The notes beneath the pieces were generated by a model that saw nothing but the letters and a program-made list of their open reading frames with translations, searched no databases and was not told the origin of the DNA. Of a DNA stretch of 64,000 nucleotides, positions 10,491 to 20,502 are shown in pieces. The DNA comes from an uncultured Acidobacteriota bacterium (GTDB lineage: Bacteria > Acidobacteriota > Thermoanaerobaculia > UBA5066). The DNA is taken from NCBI GenBank assembly GCA_963779415.1, contig CAVZYA010000002.1, positions 928,001 through 992,000 on the forward strand. Direction: 5' to 3'. The translations under genes and the position numbers were made by a program. Within the stretch, counting starts at the first letter, position 1, and the number at the start of each line of letters is the position of its first letter.

Positions 10491-10746
10491 CGGGACCCCA
10501 GACCTCCTCGTGGCTCAGGAACCGCCCTGTGGCCCGCTCGCGCCGGGCGCGGGCGATCTTCTTCATCGCGGAAGCATCGGAGAGGATGGAGACAGTCTCG
10601 AGAAGGCTCTCCCACTCCTCGACGGGGACGAGGACGCCGGCCGGAAGCCCGTTCCGGGTGATTCGTACGGTTTCGCCCCGCTCCTCGACTCCCCGAAGGA
10701 GCGTCAGCAGCGTGTTCCTGGCCTGTGAGGCCGTCACCGTGTTCAT
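10387..10746 (-). CDS. Type II TA antitoxin, Phd/YefM family (C-terminal extension overlaps toxin)
   Basis: MNTVTASQARNTL..VRITRNG.PAGVLVPVEEWESLLETV; 3' portion of ORF 10387..11961; TATAAT upstream. Confidence 0.85.
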   Translation of the reverse strand: MNTVTASQARNTLLTLLRGVEERGETVRITRNGLPAGVLVPVEEWESLLETVSILSDASAMKKIARARRERATGRFLSHEEVWGPDVLPVALPSGSRARPHRAPRRRRPAGPKSARTAR

Positions 10747-10857
10747 GACGATGGCCATTATAACGGCTATGGGCGGCGGCAGAGGGCCCTCGGTGCCGTC
10801 TCCGACTCCTCGGGAAAGACGGCGCCGGTGTGGTCCAGAATCAGACGGGAGGTCTCC

Positions 10858-12201
10858 ATGGACTACCCGATCTGGGACGTGGCGGTCGGCGGCGGCGTGC
10901 TGATCGGAACGATCGCCATCCTCCACGTCGTCGTCTCCCATTTCGCCGTCGGCGGAGGCCTCGTGATGGCCTGGGCGGAGGGTCTTCTCGTCCGAAGCCC
11001 CGACCCGGCGCTCCGGGCGCTGCTGAAGCGCTCGTCGCTGATGCTGATCCTCGTCTCGACCGTCTTCGGCGCGATCAGCGGCGTCGGCATCTGGTTCGTC
11101 ATCGGCCTCGTCCACCCGGCGGCCACGTCCGCCCTCATCCACACGTTCGTCTGGGGATGGGCGATCGAATGGGCCTTCTTCCTTCTCGAGGTGATCACGG
11201 CCCTCGCCTGGTACGCGACGTGGGACCGCGTCCGCCCGCGGACGCACCTTCTGCTCATCGTCCTCTACGCCTTCGCCGCCTACATGTCCCTCGTCATCAT
11301 CCAGGGAATCCTCGGATTCATGCTCACGCCGGGCCGGTGGCTCGAGACCCGCGGCTTCTGGGACGGCTTTTTCAACCCGACATACCTCCCCGGTCTTCTC
11401 TTCCGGACGGGCGTCTGCCTCCTCCTGGCCGGGACCTATCTGACGCTCGCCGCGCTGCGCGAGAAGGATCGCGAGGCGCGCGGCCGCCTCGTCCGGTTCC
11501 TCGCCCGGATCGAGGTCGCCGGGGTCCTTCTCGCGACCGCCGGCCTCTACGCCTGGAAGGGGGCTCTCCCGGAGGACGTGAAGGCGATCTTCCTCGGCGC
11601 GAAGCCTCTGGTGGTCTCGGTGGCGATGGGGTGGCGGCACCTCTTCTTCGCCGTCGCGGCCTCGGCGCTCCTCGCCCTCCTCGCGGCTACCTTCCCGCGC
11701 GCCGTCCGGTGGCCGCAGGCGGTCCTCGCCCTCATCGCGGCGTTCGGCCTCCTCGGCGGATACGAGCGGGTCCGCGAGGGGGCGCGTAAGCCGTTCGTCA
11801 TCCGCAACTACATGTTCGCAAACGGCGTCCTCGTCTCCGAGATCCCGCGGCTCAACAAGGACGGCATCCTCTCGAAGGCGCGGTGGGCCGCCCACGAGGC
11901 CGGGCGGGACCCCGTCTCGCTCGGCCGCGCGGTCTTTCGGGCCGAGTGCGCCTCGTGTCACACGTTGGACGGATACCTCTCGATCCGGCAGAGGACGGCC
12001 GCCGCCGACTCCGATTTCCTGACTCTCTTCCTGACGTCGCTGCGCGACGACGGGGTGAACTGGACGTCCCGGCCCCCCGGAAAGCCGGATTTTCCCTACA
12101 TGCCCCCCTTCGTCGGAACCGACGGTGAGCTCCAGGCGCTCGTCTCGTATCTCGACTCCCTGAAGACGGTGAAGACCGCGGAGGCGACCCGTGCAGAGTG
12201 A
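10858..12201 (+). CDS. Cytochrome bd subunit I (CydA)-like membrane protein fused to a C-terminal c-type cytochrome
   Basis: LHVVVSHFAVGGG, WAIEWAFF, REGARKPF (cf. E..RQPW); CASCH at 11947-11961 and distal YMPP; GGAGG SD before ATG 10858. Confidence 0.8.
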   Translation: MDYPIWDVAVGGGVLIGTIAILHVVVSHFAVGGGLVMAWAEGLLVRSPDPALRALLKRSSLMLILVSTVFGAISGVGIWFVIGLVHPAATSALIHTFVWGWAIEWAFFLLEVITALAWYATWDRVRPRTHLLLIVLYAFAAYMSLVIIQGILGFMLTPGRWLETRGFWDGFFNPTYLPGLLFRTGVCLLLAGTYLTLAALREKDREARGRLVRFLARIEVAGVLLATAGLYAWKGALPEDVKAIFLGAKPLVVSVAMGWRHLFFAVAASALLALLAATFPRAVRWPQAVLALIAAFGLLGGYERVREGARKPFVIRNYMFANGVLVSEIPRLNKDGILSKARWAAHEAGRDPVSLGRAVFRAECASCHTLDGYLSIRQRTAAADSDFLTLFLTSLRDDGVNWTSRPPGKPDFPYMPPFVGTDGELQALVSYLDSLKTVKTAEATRAE

Positions 12202-13279
12202 CCTGATCCCGGCTCTCGACCCCTCTCCGGTCCCCGGACCCCCCGCCCTTCTCGTCGTCCTCTGGATCGTGACCTTCTTCCTTCACCTCCTCTTCGTGAA
12301 CGCCGCCCTCGGCGGGGCGATCTTCGCCGCGGTCCTTCCGGCGTCCCTCTGCCCCGCTTCGCGCCGGGCCCTCACGCTCTTCGTCGCCGAGATCAACTCG
12401 TGGGCGGTCTCCCTCGCGATCACCTTCGCGATCGCGCCGCTTCTCTTCGTGCAGACCCTCTACGGCCGATTCTTCTACACGGCCACGGTCCTCATCGCCC
12501 CGGTCTGGCTCGGGCTCCTGGTTCTTCTCATGCTCGCGTACTACCTCAACTGGGCGGCCAAGTTCCGGCTCCGGGCGGGAAAGGACGCGACGCTCTTCCT
12601 CGCCGCGACGGCGCTTCTCTACCTCGTCATCGCGGCGATCCAGACCGGAGTCCACCTGATCTCGGTCCAGCCGTCGCTCTGGAGCGTCTTCCTCGCCCGT
12701 CCGGCGCTCGTCCTCTGGGACCCGACGTTCCTCCCGCGCTTTCTCCACTTCGTCCTCGCCGCGGTGACGATGGCGGCGATCCTCCCGGCGGCCTTCCCGA
12801 AGGCGCTGGGCCAAGCCGCGCCGGAATCGGCTCGCTGCGGGCTCCTCGTCGCCCTCGTCGCCACCGGCGCGCAGTTTCCCGTCGGCCTCTGGCTCCTCGG
12901 GGTCCTCCCCAGGTCCGTAATCATCGGGCTCATGACGGGGGGGATTGCGAAGATGGCGCCCCTCAGCCTCGGGATCCTGCTGGGCCTCGCGCTCCTCGGC
13001 CTCCTCGTCCGGGCGGCCACGGCGCCGGGAAACGTCCGTCTCGCGAGGGTCGTCCTCGGGCACTTCGCGGCGGCGGCGTTCTTCATGGTCGTCACGCGCC
13101 ACCAGGTCCGGGACCTCTACCTCGCCGCAGCGCGGGCGAACGAGCGGCTCGTCGTGGCGCCCCAGTGGGGCGTCCTCGCACTCTTCCTCGTCACCTTCGT
13201 CCTCTGCGCGGGCCTCTCCGTCTGGGCCCTCGTCCGCGCGGCCACGGACCGCCCGGGGCCGGGAGAGACGGCAGCCTAG
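12191..13279 (+). CDS. Polytopic membrane partner subunit (CydA'-like) of the upstream bd-like oxidoreductase
   Basis: Overlaps the upstream stop; many TM segments with FFLHLLFVN, APLLFVQ and RFLHFVLA. Confidence 0.65.
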   Translation: MQSDLIPALDPSPVPGPPALLVVLWIVTFFLHLLFVNAALGGAIFAAVLPASLCPASRRALTLFVAEINSWAVSLAITFAIAPLLFVQTLYGRFFYTATVLIAPVWLGLLVLLMLAYYLNWAAKFRLRAGKDATLFLAATALLYLVIAAIQTGVHLISVQPSLWSVFLARPALVLWDPTFLPRFLHFVLAAVTMAAILPAAFPKALGQAAPESARCGLLVALVATGAQFPVGLWLLGVLPRSVIIGLMTGGIAKMAPLSLGILLGLALLGLLVRAATAPGNVRLARVVLGHFAAAAFFMVVTRHQVRDLYLAAARANERLVVAPQWGVLALFLVTFVLCAGLSVWALVRAATDRPGPGETAA

Positions 13280-14160
13280 GCAGGAGCTGTCAGCCCTGCC
13301 AGTCGTTCGACGATGGGCGGAATCAGGGACGTGGCCAGGTGCCGGTGGGAGCCTCCCCCGAGGACGACCTCCAGTTTCCCGCCGCAGACCTCGTCCGCCA
13401 GCCCCGTCATCAGATCGGCGATCTTCCAGTAGCAGGGCCCGGTCAAGCCGATGTCCCCGTAGTCGCCTTGATGCGTGTCGAAGCCGAAGTACCAGAAGAG
13501 AAGGTCGGGCCTGAAATCGCGGACCCGGTGCGCGGCGTGCCGCTCGACCAGATTGACGTAGACGTCGTTTTGGGATCGTCCGTCTCGACTGCCCTCCCAC
13601 GGGCCAGGACAGGCTACGTCCACCTTCGTCCCGTCCGGGGACTCGTAGTCCGTGCCGCAGAAACAGATCTGGAGGACGTCGGGGTCCCCGCGAAGGAGCT
13701 CCCGCGTGCCGTCGCCGTGGTGGGCGTCCGTGTCGACGATTGCGAACCTCCGGAGGCTGCGCCGCTCCCGAAGGTTGACGATGCTGAGAACGACGTCGTT
13801 GAAGCAGCAGAAGCCTCCGAAGTCGTCCCGCCCCGAATGATGCCCGCCGGCGCCGATGAAGACGAAGGCGTTGGAGATTTCCCCGTCGGCGATCTTCTCG
13901 CCGGCGTTCACGACACCCCCCGCGGAGTGCCACGCGGTGGAGCAGAGGGGATCCCTTCCCACGCGCTCCAGAAGGCCGGGCGTATGGACCTTCAGGAGCA
14001 ACTCCTCGGGAACGGGCTCCGGTTCGAACAATACGGCGCGACCGCTCCCGAGAATCCCGTCCAGGGCCTTCGGAAAGTCGGCCAGCCGGGATCCCACGGT
14101 CAGGTAGCTGCGCCGGGAGTAGGACGGGTGATAGAAAACTCCGGTCCTTCCCTTCGCCAT
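13276..14160 (-). CDS. Histone deacetylase / AcuC-like family protein
   Basis: GGHH, GFCCFNDV, DTDAHHGDGT and GFDTH motifs. Confidence 0.88.
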   Translation of the reverse strand: MAKGRTGVFYHPSYSRRSYLTVGSRLADFPKALDGILGSGRAVLFEPEPVPEELLLKVHTPGLLERVGRDPLCSTAWHSAGGVVNAGEKIADGEISNAFVFIGAGGHHSGRDDFGGFCCFNDVVLSIVNLRERRSLRRFAIVDTDAHHGDGTRELLRGDPDVLQICFCGTDYESPDGTKVDVACPGPWEGSRDGRSQNDVYVNLVERHAAHRVRDFRPDLLFWYFGFDTHQGDYGDIGLTGPCYWKIADLMTGLADEVCGGKLEVVLGGGSHRHLATSLIPPIVERLAGLTAPA

Positions 14161-14188
14161 GACGGCACCTGCCCCGTGAGATCGTCGG

Positions 14189-17100
14189 TCAGTCGAACCG
14201 GACGCTGACCAGCTTCGATACGCCAGGCTCTTCCTGGGTGACGCCGTAGAGCGCCTGCGCGGTCTCCATCGTCCTCTTGTTGTGCGTGATCAGGATGAAC
14301 TGCGTCTCCTCGGAAAGCTCCACGAGGAGCGACGTGAAGCGGTCGATGTTTGCTTCGTCGAGCGGGGCGTCGACCTCGTCGAGGATGCAGAATGGGGACG
14401 GCTTGTACTTGAAGATCGAGACGAGGAGGGCGATCGCCGTGAGCGCCTTCTCGCCGCCGGAGAGGAGGCCGATCGTCTGGTTCCGCTTCCCCGGGGGCTG
14501 CGCCATGATCTCCAGCCCCGACTCGAGAGGATCGTCCTCGTCGAGCAGGTGCATCGACGCGGTCCCCCCTCGAAAGAGCCGCTGGAAGACCAGGGCGAAG
14601 TTCGCGTTGATGGCGGTGAAGGCCTCGGCGAACCGGTCGGAGGAGGTGAGGTTGATCGTCCGGATCGTCTCGAGGATCTGCTCGAGCGACTTCTCGAGGT
14701 CGAGCTTCTGCGTCGTCAGCTCCTGCAGGCGCTTCGACTCGATCTCGTACTCCTCGAGCGCCGCGTGGTTGACGGGACCGAGACGCTCGAGGGCGAGCGT
14801 CTTCTCGACGACCTCCTCGGCGAGCGCGGCCTCGTCGGGAGGCGGCTCTTCAGGAGCCGTTTCAACGGGAGGGAGTTCTTCGGGAAGACAGCCGAACTCC
14901 GTCCGGCACGACTCGACGAGGTAGTCACGGTCGGCCTTCCTGCGTTCGAGGGCCAGCTCGGCCTCGAAGCGGGACCGGCGCGCCGCGTCGACGGCTTCCC
15001 GGCCGGCGTGCTCGCGCCCTTCCAGCTCCTCGCGACCGATGCGGCGTTCCTCGAGGACCCGCTCGGCCTCCGCGCGAAGCCCCTCCGCGAGACGGGTGGC
15101 CTCGACGGCGGCTGCTCTCGCGGAGGCGGCCGCCTCACCCGCGGCGGAGGCCGCCCCGGCCCGGCGGCCGTTCTCCTCGAGGCCCTGCGTCAGTTCGGCG
15201 ACGCGACGCGCCGCGTCGCCGGCCCGAGTCGCGGCCGAGGCGGCGGCGTCCACGGCCGCCCGGCGGCGCTCGAGAAGGACGTCGCGCGCCGTTCGCGCGC
15301 CGGCATCCCCCTCGGCGGCCAGAAGGCGCGATGCGCGGAGGGCATCGACGCCTCTCTCCAGCTCCGTGATCGTCCGCTCGAGCGTCTGAAGGTCCGCCGT
15401 CCGCTCCTCCGCGAGGCGCGCCGCCTCGGCCCGCATCCCGCCGGCGGCGGCGAGGTCGGCGAGAAGGGCGGCGTGCTCCTCGGAGAGGACGGAAGCTTCC
15501 TGCGCGGCACGGCGCCTCTCGTCCGTGGCGGCCGCGGCCCGCGCCTCGGCCTCGGAGGAGTCGCGCTCGCGGCCCCGCACATCGCCGAGCGCCCGGTCGG
15601 CGCCGGTCGCGTACTGGCTCGCGGCGGCGGTGGTGGCGTCGATCTCGAGGTCGAAGCTGTCGATGCGGCGGACGAGGTCGGCGCGCTCCTCCCCGAGCGC
15701 CTTCAGGTCGCGCCGGACGATGAAGAGCCCTTCGCCCGGGACCTCGGTCCCGGCCGCCTCGACGACGGAGCCGCGGACGACGACGCCGTCGCGGCTGACG
15801 ATCGTCCGTTCGGGATGGAGAGACGCGAGGGCGAGGGCGTCGTCGTCGCTCTCGACGAAGACCGCATCGGGAAGGGCCGAGGAGAGCGGCTCGTTCCCCG
15901 CGCGCGGCGAGAGGAAGTCCCGCGTCACGCCGAGGACGCGCGGATCGTGAGGCGTCAGCGGGAAGGGCGTGGCGGGAAGAGGGAGGAGGAATCGCGCCGT
16001 GCCGAGCTTCTCGTTCCGGACGGCGGCGACGGCGCGTCCGAGCGCGTCGCGGCTCCCGAGGACGGGCGCCTCGAGGGCGGCGCCGAGGGCGGCGTCGAGA
16101 GCCGCCTCGAATCCGGAGCGCGCCTCGAACCGATCGGCGAGGACGCCGTCCGGAGAGAGGCCGGCGGCCGCGAGGGCGCGCCTTGCGGCCTCGCCTCCCG
16201 CCTCGCGCTCGGCGAGGGTCGTCTCGAGAGCCGCGCTCCGGAGGGCGATCCCGTGCTGGCGGCCGAGGAGCCGCTCCCGCTCCTCCTTCAGCGAGCCGAG
16301 CCGCTCCTCGGCTGCGCGGCGCCCCTCATCGAGAGCGTCCAGCTCGGCCCGGGCCTTCTCGAGCGCGTCGCGCGCGGCGTCGCGCTGGGCCTCGGCCTCG
16401 CGAACGGCCGCCTCGCGCCCTTCGAGGGCCTCTCGTGCGCGCTCGATCCGTTCCTCGAGCTTCGTCCGGGCGAAGGAGAGCCGCTCGGCGAGGAGGACGG
16501 CGTCGCGCTCGCGGTTCGAGGCGTCCGCGGCGCGAGCGCCGGTGGCGAGGAGATCGCGCCGCGCCCCCTCCCGCCTCGAGACGAGGTCGGCTTCCCGCCG
16601 GCTGACGTCCTCGAGAAGGGAAGAGGCGCTTCGGACCCGCTCTTCGGCGGCGACGAGCTCACTCTCCACGGAGAGGCGAACCGTCTCCGCCCGCCCGGAT
16701 TCGTCTACGGCGCGCAGGTGATCTCCCTGCGCCTCCACGCGCTGGGCTTCGAGCAGCTCTCCCCGGGCCGTGGCCTCCTCCGCTTCGCGCGAGGCGGCGG
16801 CGACCGCGGCCTCCGCGGCCAGAAGCGCCTCCCGCGCCCGGGCGAGGGCGTCGCTCCGCTCGCGCCGGAGATCCTCGTCCAGGTCCGAGAGCCGGCGGGC
16901 CTCGGCGAGGGCGGCGTCGAGACGCCCGGCTTCGGCGAGAGCCGCCGCTTCAGCATCGGTGGCGGCGCGGAGGACCCCCTCCGCCTCGGAGAGGCCGGCC
17001 GCGAAGCGGTCCGCCCGAAGACGCGAGAGCCGCTTCTTCAGACCGGCGAGGACCGCGGCCTGCTCCTTCCACCGCGCGGCGCGCGAGGCCTGCCGCTTCA

Positions 17101-17719
17101 GGGAGGCGCAGGTCCGGTCGATCTCGCCGACGACGTCGGAGAGACGCAGGAGGTTCGCGCGCGTCTCCTCCATCTTCAGCTCGGCCTGCCGTTTCCGGAT
17201 CTTGTACTTCGAGACGCCGGCCGCCTCCTCGATCAGGCGCCGTCGGTCCTGGGGCTTCGTCGAGAGGATCAGCTCGATCTTCTGCTGCTCGATGATCGAA
17301 TAGGCACGGACGCCGAGACCCGTCCCGAGAAGGAGGTCCTGGACGTCGCGCAGCCGGCACTTCCTTCCGTTCAGGACGTAGTCGCTCTCGCCGTCGCGGG
17401 TGACGCGGCGGGCGATCGTCACCTCGCCGCCGGTGTCGGCCCAGTGGTCGGTGCCGCGCGACTCCAGGGTCAGCATCACCTCGGCCATTCCGATCGGCTT
17501 TCGCCGGGAGGCGCCGTGGAAGATCACGTCCTCCATCGTCGTCCCGCGGAGGCTCTTGGCCGACTGCTCGCCGAGGACCCACTGGACGGCGTCCGCGATG
17601 TTCGACTTGCCGGAGCCGTTCGGCCCCACGATGGCGGTGATCCGGCCGGGAAGCGTCAGAGCCGTCCGGTCGACGAACGACTTGAAGCCCTGGATCTCGA
17701 GTTTCTTCAGACGGAACAT
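14189..17719 (-). CDS. smc: Chromosome segregation protein SMC
   Basis: GFKSF, Walker A GPNGSGKSN, long coiled coils, LSGGEK signature, LDEVDAPLD. Confidence 0.95.
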   Translation of the reverse strand: MFRLKKLEIQGFKSFVDRTALTLPGRITAIVGPNGSGKSNIADAVQWVLGEQSAKSLRGTTMEDVIFHGASRRKPIGMAEVMLTLESRGTDHWADTGGEVTIARRVTRDGESDYVLNGRKCRLRDVQDLLLGTGLGVRAYSIIEQQKIELILSTKPQDRRRLIEEAAGVSKYKIRKRQAELKMEETRANLLRLSDVVGEIDRTCASLKRQASRAARWKEQAAVLAGLKKRLSRLRADRFAAGLSEAEGVLRAATDAEAAALAEAGRLDAALAEARRLSDLDEDLRRERSDALARAREALLAAEAAVAAASREAEEATARGELLEAQRVEAQGDHLRAVDESGRAETVRLSVESELVAAEERVRSASSLLEDVSRREADLVSRREGARRDLLATGARAADASNRERDAVLLAERLSFARTKLEERIERAREALEGREAAVREAEAQRDAARDALEKARAELDALDEGRRAAEERLGSLKEERERLLGRQHGIALRSAALETTLAEREAGGEAARRALAAAGLSPDGVLADRFEARSGFEAALDAALGAALEAPVLGSRDALGRAVAAVRNEKLGTARFLLPLPATPFPLTPHDPRVLGVTRDFLSPRAGNEPLSSALPDAVFVESDDDALALASLHPERTIVSRDGVVVRGSVVEAAGTEVPGEGLFIVRRDLKALGEERADLVRRIDSFDLEIDATTAAASQYATGADRALGDVRGRERDSSEAEARAAAATDERRRAAQEASVLSEEHAALLADLAAAGGMRAEAARLAEERTADLQTLERTITELERGVDALRASRLLAAEGDAGARTARDVLLERRRAAVDAAASAATRAGDAARRVAELTQGLEENGRRAGAASAAGEAAASARAAAVEATRLAEGLRAEAERVLEERRIGREELEGREHAGREAVDAARRSRFEAELALERRKADRDYLVESCRTEFGCLPEELPPVETAPEEPPPDEAALAEEVVEKTLALERLGPVNHAALEEYEIESKRLQELTTQKLDLEKSLEQILETIRTINLTSSDRFAEAFTAINANFALVFQRLFRGGTASMHLLDEDDPLESGLEIMAQPPGKRNQTIGLLSGGEKALTAIALLVSIFKYKPSPFCILDEVDAPLDEANIDRFTSLLVELSEETQFILITHNKRTMETAQALYGVTQEEPGVSKLVSVRFD

Positions 17720-17763
17720 TCAGGGATGCCGCCGGGCGGCGCGAGACGCTAGCACGCCTCCCG

Positions 17764-18405
17764 TCACGAGAGAAGTGTCTCGTCGAGAAGCGTCTTCAGA
17801 AGTCCGCCGCGCGAGCGGACTCCCAGCTTCGTGAAGACGTGCTTGAGGTGGTCCTTCACCGTCCACTCGGTGATGAAGAGCTCACGCGCGATCTCCGCGT
17901 TCCGGAGCCCGCGGAGAAGGGCGGTGACGACCTCGGCCTCGCGTCCGGAGAGGCCGAGGGCGCAGAGGTGCGGGCGGAGGTCGGCGGGGCGAAGAGGCCC
18001 TTCCGGCCGCCCCGGGTTCCCATCCATCTCGCAGCGGGCCGACAGCTCGAGAAGCTGGGAGAGAAACGGCTCGAGAAGAGCGAAGCGGAGCCGCTCGGGC
18101 TCCGTCCAGGGGCGCGGGGCGCGGCGGAGAAGGACGAGCTTCCCTTCGACGAGGGCCGGGCAGCAGAACGCGAGCTCCAGGCGGCGGGCCGGGTCCGCCG
18201 GAGGGGCGGGGCCCCGGACGGCGCGGGCTGCGGAGAGGCGCTGGCGGTGGAAGCGCCGGCGGTACCGGAGCCCCTGCGGGCGGAAGACCACCTCCACCTC
18301 CACGGCGTCCGGGTCGAGAACCGACCGGACCGATTCCAGGACGCGGGTCAGGTTCCCGTCGTGCGGGGATCGGAACGGAGGGGGCGGGGCGGAGGAGCGT
18401 GCCAC
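17764..18405 (-). CDS. LuxR-family HTH transcriptional regulator
   Basis: C-terminal LSGREAEV..GLRNAEIARELFITEWTVKDHLKHVFTKLGV; start at GTG 18405 chosen for an upstream AGGAAG and TACAAT (start uncertain). Confidence 0.8.
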   Translation of the reverse strand: MARSSAPPPPFRSPHDGNLTRVLESVRSVLDPDAVEVEVVFRPQGLRYRRRFHRQRLSAARAVRGPAPPADPARRLELAFCCPALVEGKLVLLRRAPRPWTEPERLRFALLEPFLSQLLELSARCEMDGNPGRPEGPLRPADLRPHLCALGLSGREAEVVTALLRGLRNAEIARELFITEWTVKDHLKHVFTKLGVRSRGGLLKTLLDETLLS

Positions 18406-18539
18406 GTGTCTTCCTGCCCCCGGATTGTACGGAGGGATCGACCGTTCAAATCCTGACGCCGGCGGACGCACAGGACGGGGGGCGTGCTAGGATCCTGCTG
18501 TTCAACAGACGGACCGGCGTTCCCCGGAGGCTTACTTCC

Positions 18540-20480
18540 ATGCTGAGCTTCGAGGTCCGGAAGACCGGCGGCGAGTCGGAAGTCCGGAAAGTTCATCGCG
18601 ATGTCATTCACATTGGCGCTTCGTCGGGCAACGACCTCGTCGTGCGCGCCCGGGGTGTTCTCGGACGGCACGCCCGGATCTCGGTGGTCGGTGACGAGCT
18701 TCGGCTCGACGTTCTCGGTACGGCTCCCGGCTCCGACGTCACCCTCAACGGCTCGGTCGTCCGCTCCGCCTCGCTCGCGTCCGGCGACCGGATCTCGATC
18801 GGCGAAGCGACGATCACGCTCCTGAACGGACCGGCCCCGAACCCGAACCGGATCTCGGCCCCGCCTCCGCGCGGCCGCGACGCCTTCTCGATGGCGGCAG
18901 CGGCGCTGGGCGGGGGGAATGCGGCGGCCGCGCCGTCTCCGGCGGCCCCCGCGACTCCGGCGGCCCGGCCGGCTCCGGCTCCTCCGCCGGCGCCTCGCCC
19001 GTCCAACCACGTCGCCGATCTCGTCCCGCACCGGGTGGAGGAGGAGCGTGCCGCCGCACCGGCCCGGCCCGCGGATCTCTGGACGGGCATCTTCCTTCGG
19101 CTCTCTCACGGCGGCTCGTACGAGGAGATGCTTCAGGAGCTCGCGTCCTTCGTCGCCGGCAGCTCTCCCGTTCACTCGATCGCGTTCACCTCGCTCGAGG
19201 AGCCGGGGGCCGGCGAGGCCCTCGCGGCGCTCTGGAAAGGGACGCTCCCGAAGCTCTCCCCAAAGACGATCTCGGATCTCCGCGAGCGAGGGGCCCCCGT
19301 CGAAGCGTTCGAGGCGGGGACGCGGATCCGTGCCTTCCCGGTCACGCCTCCCGGAGGCGAGAGTGTCGCGGCCATTCTCGTCCCGTCCGAGACGGCCTCG
19401 GACCCGCATTGGGGCGAGTTCATCGCCCACCTCGCGGCGACGCTCGGCTTCGTCCACGCGTATCGGAGCGAACCGACCTTCGGCGAACGGGGAAGCCTTT
19501 CCGCCGCGGCGCCGGTGGCGGCGTCCGTCGGAGACCCGCTCGCTCTTCTCGTCGGCGGATCGCTCGCGATGCAGAACCTGAAGGCTTCGCTCTCGCGCGT
19601 GGCGGCCGCGCGCGCGCCGGTCCTCCTCATCGGAGACGTCGGGACGGGCAAGACGCTTGCCGCCGAGACGCTGCACTCGCTCTCCCCGCGCCGCTCCCGC
19701 CCGCTGGTCCGGATTGCCGCGACGGCCGCGACGCCGCAGTCGCTCGAGGAGGATCTTCTCGGCGGGCCCGCGTCGTCGGACCGGCGCCGGCGCGGCGGCC
19801 GCCTCTTCGAAGCCGAAGGAGGGACGCTCCTCGTCGAGGAGGTCGGCGACCTTCCGGCGCCAACCCAGGCTCTCTTCTTCCGGCTCCTCGAAGCACGCGA
19901 GGTGACGGCGTCCGGTGGGCGGACCGTCCCCGTGGACGTGCGCGTCATCGGCACCTCGTCCCGCCCCCTGACCCGGGCCGTCGAGGACGGCCACTTCCGC
20001 GACGACCTCTATTTCCGCCTCTCGGCCCTGACGCTCCGGATCCCGCCCCTGAAGGATCGTAAGGAGGACCTCCCGGCGCTCCTCGACGCCTTCGCGGCGC
20101 GGCACGGCGGCCCGACGGCAGAGCAGTTCGACGTGGAAGCGATGAACGCCCTTCTCGGCTACGGCTATCCGGGAAACATCCGCGAGCTGGAGAACGAGAT
20201 GCGGCGTCTCGCGGCCCAGATGGGACCGGGGCCCGTGACGCTGGCCCATCTCGACCAGAAGTTCTCCGGCGAGCACGTCGAGCTGGCGCTGAAGGAGAGC
20301 GACGACCTCAAGGAGATCGTGGAAAAAGTCGAGCGGCAGGTCATCGAGCGCGTCATGCGGAAAGTGCGCGGGAACCAGTCGCTCGGCGCGCGCCTCCTCA
20401 ACATTTCGCGCGGCAGCCTCATCGCGAAGATGAAGCAGTACGACATAAAGGATTTCCGCTACCTGAGAAGGAACGAGTAG
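18540..20480 (+). CDS. FHA-domain, sigma54-activator-like AAA+ regulator with Fis HTH (degenerate)
   Basis: N-terminal FHA-like (IGASSGNDLVV..HARI..LNG); GDVGTGKT, FRDDLYFRL, YPGNIRELEN; C-terminal HTH; GGAGG SD; TGCTAGGAT extended -10 at 18485-18493. Confidence 0.85.
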   Translation: MLSFEVRKTGGESEVRKVHRDVIHIGASSGNDLVVRARGVLGRHARISVVGDELRLDVLGTAPGSDVTLNGSVVRSASLASGDRISIGEATITLLNGPAPNPNRISAPPPRGRDAFSMAAAALGGGNAAAAPSPAAPATPAARPAPAPPPAPRPSNHVADLVPHRVEEERAAAPARPADLWTGIFLRLSHGGSYEEMLQELASFVAGSSPVHSIAFTSLEEPGAGEALAALWKGTLPKLSPKTISDLRERGAPVEAFEAGTRIRAFPVTPPGGESVAAILVPSETASDPHWGEFIAHLAATLGFVHAYRSEPTFGERGSLSAAAPVAASVGDPLALLVGGSLAMQNLKASLSRVAAARAPVLLIGDVGTGKTLAAETLHSLSPRRSRPLVRIAATAATPQSLEEDLLGGPASSDRRRRGGRLFEAEGGTLLVEEVGDLPAPTQALFFRLLEAREVTASGGRTVPVDVRVIGTSSRPLTRAVEDGHFRDDLYFRLSALTLRIPPLKDRKEDLPALLDAFAARHGGPTAEQFDVEAMNALLGYGYPGNIRELENEMRRLAAQMGPGPVTLAHLDQKFSGEHVELALKESDDLKEIVEKVERQVIERVMRKVRGNQSLGARLLNISRGSLIAKMKQYDIKDFRYLRRNE

Positions 20481-20502
20481 CGGCCCGGTCTAGACTTCCT
20501 TC

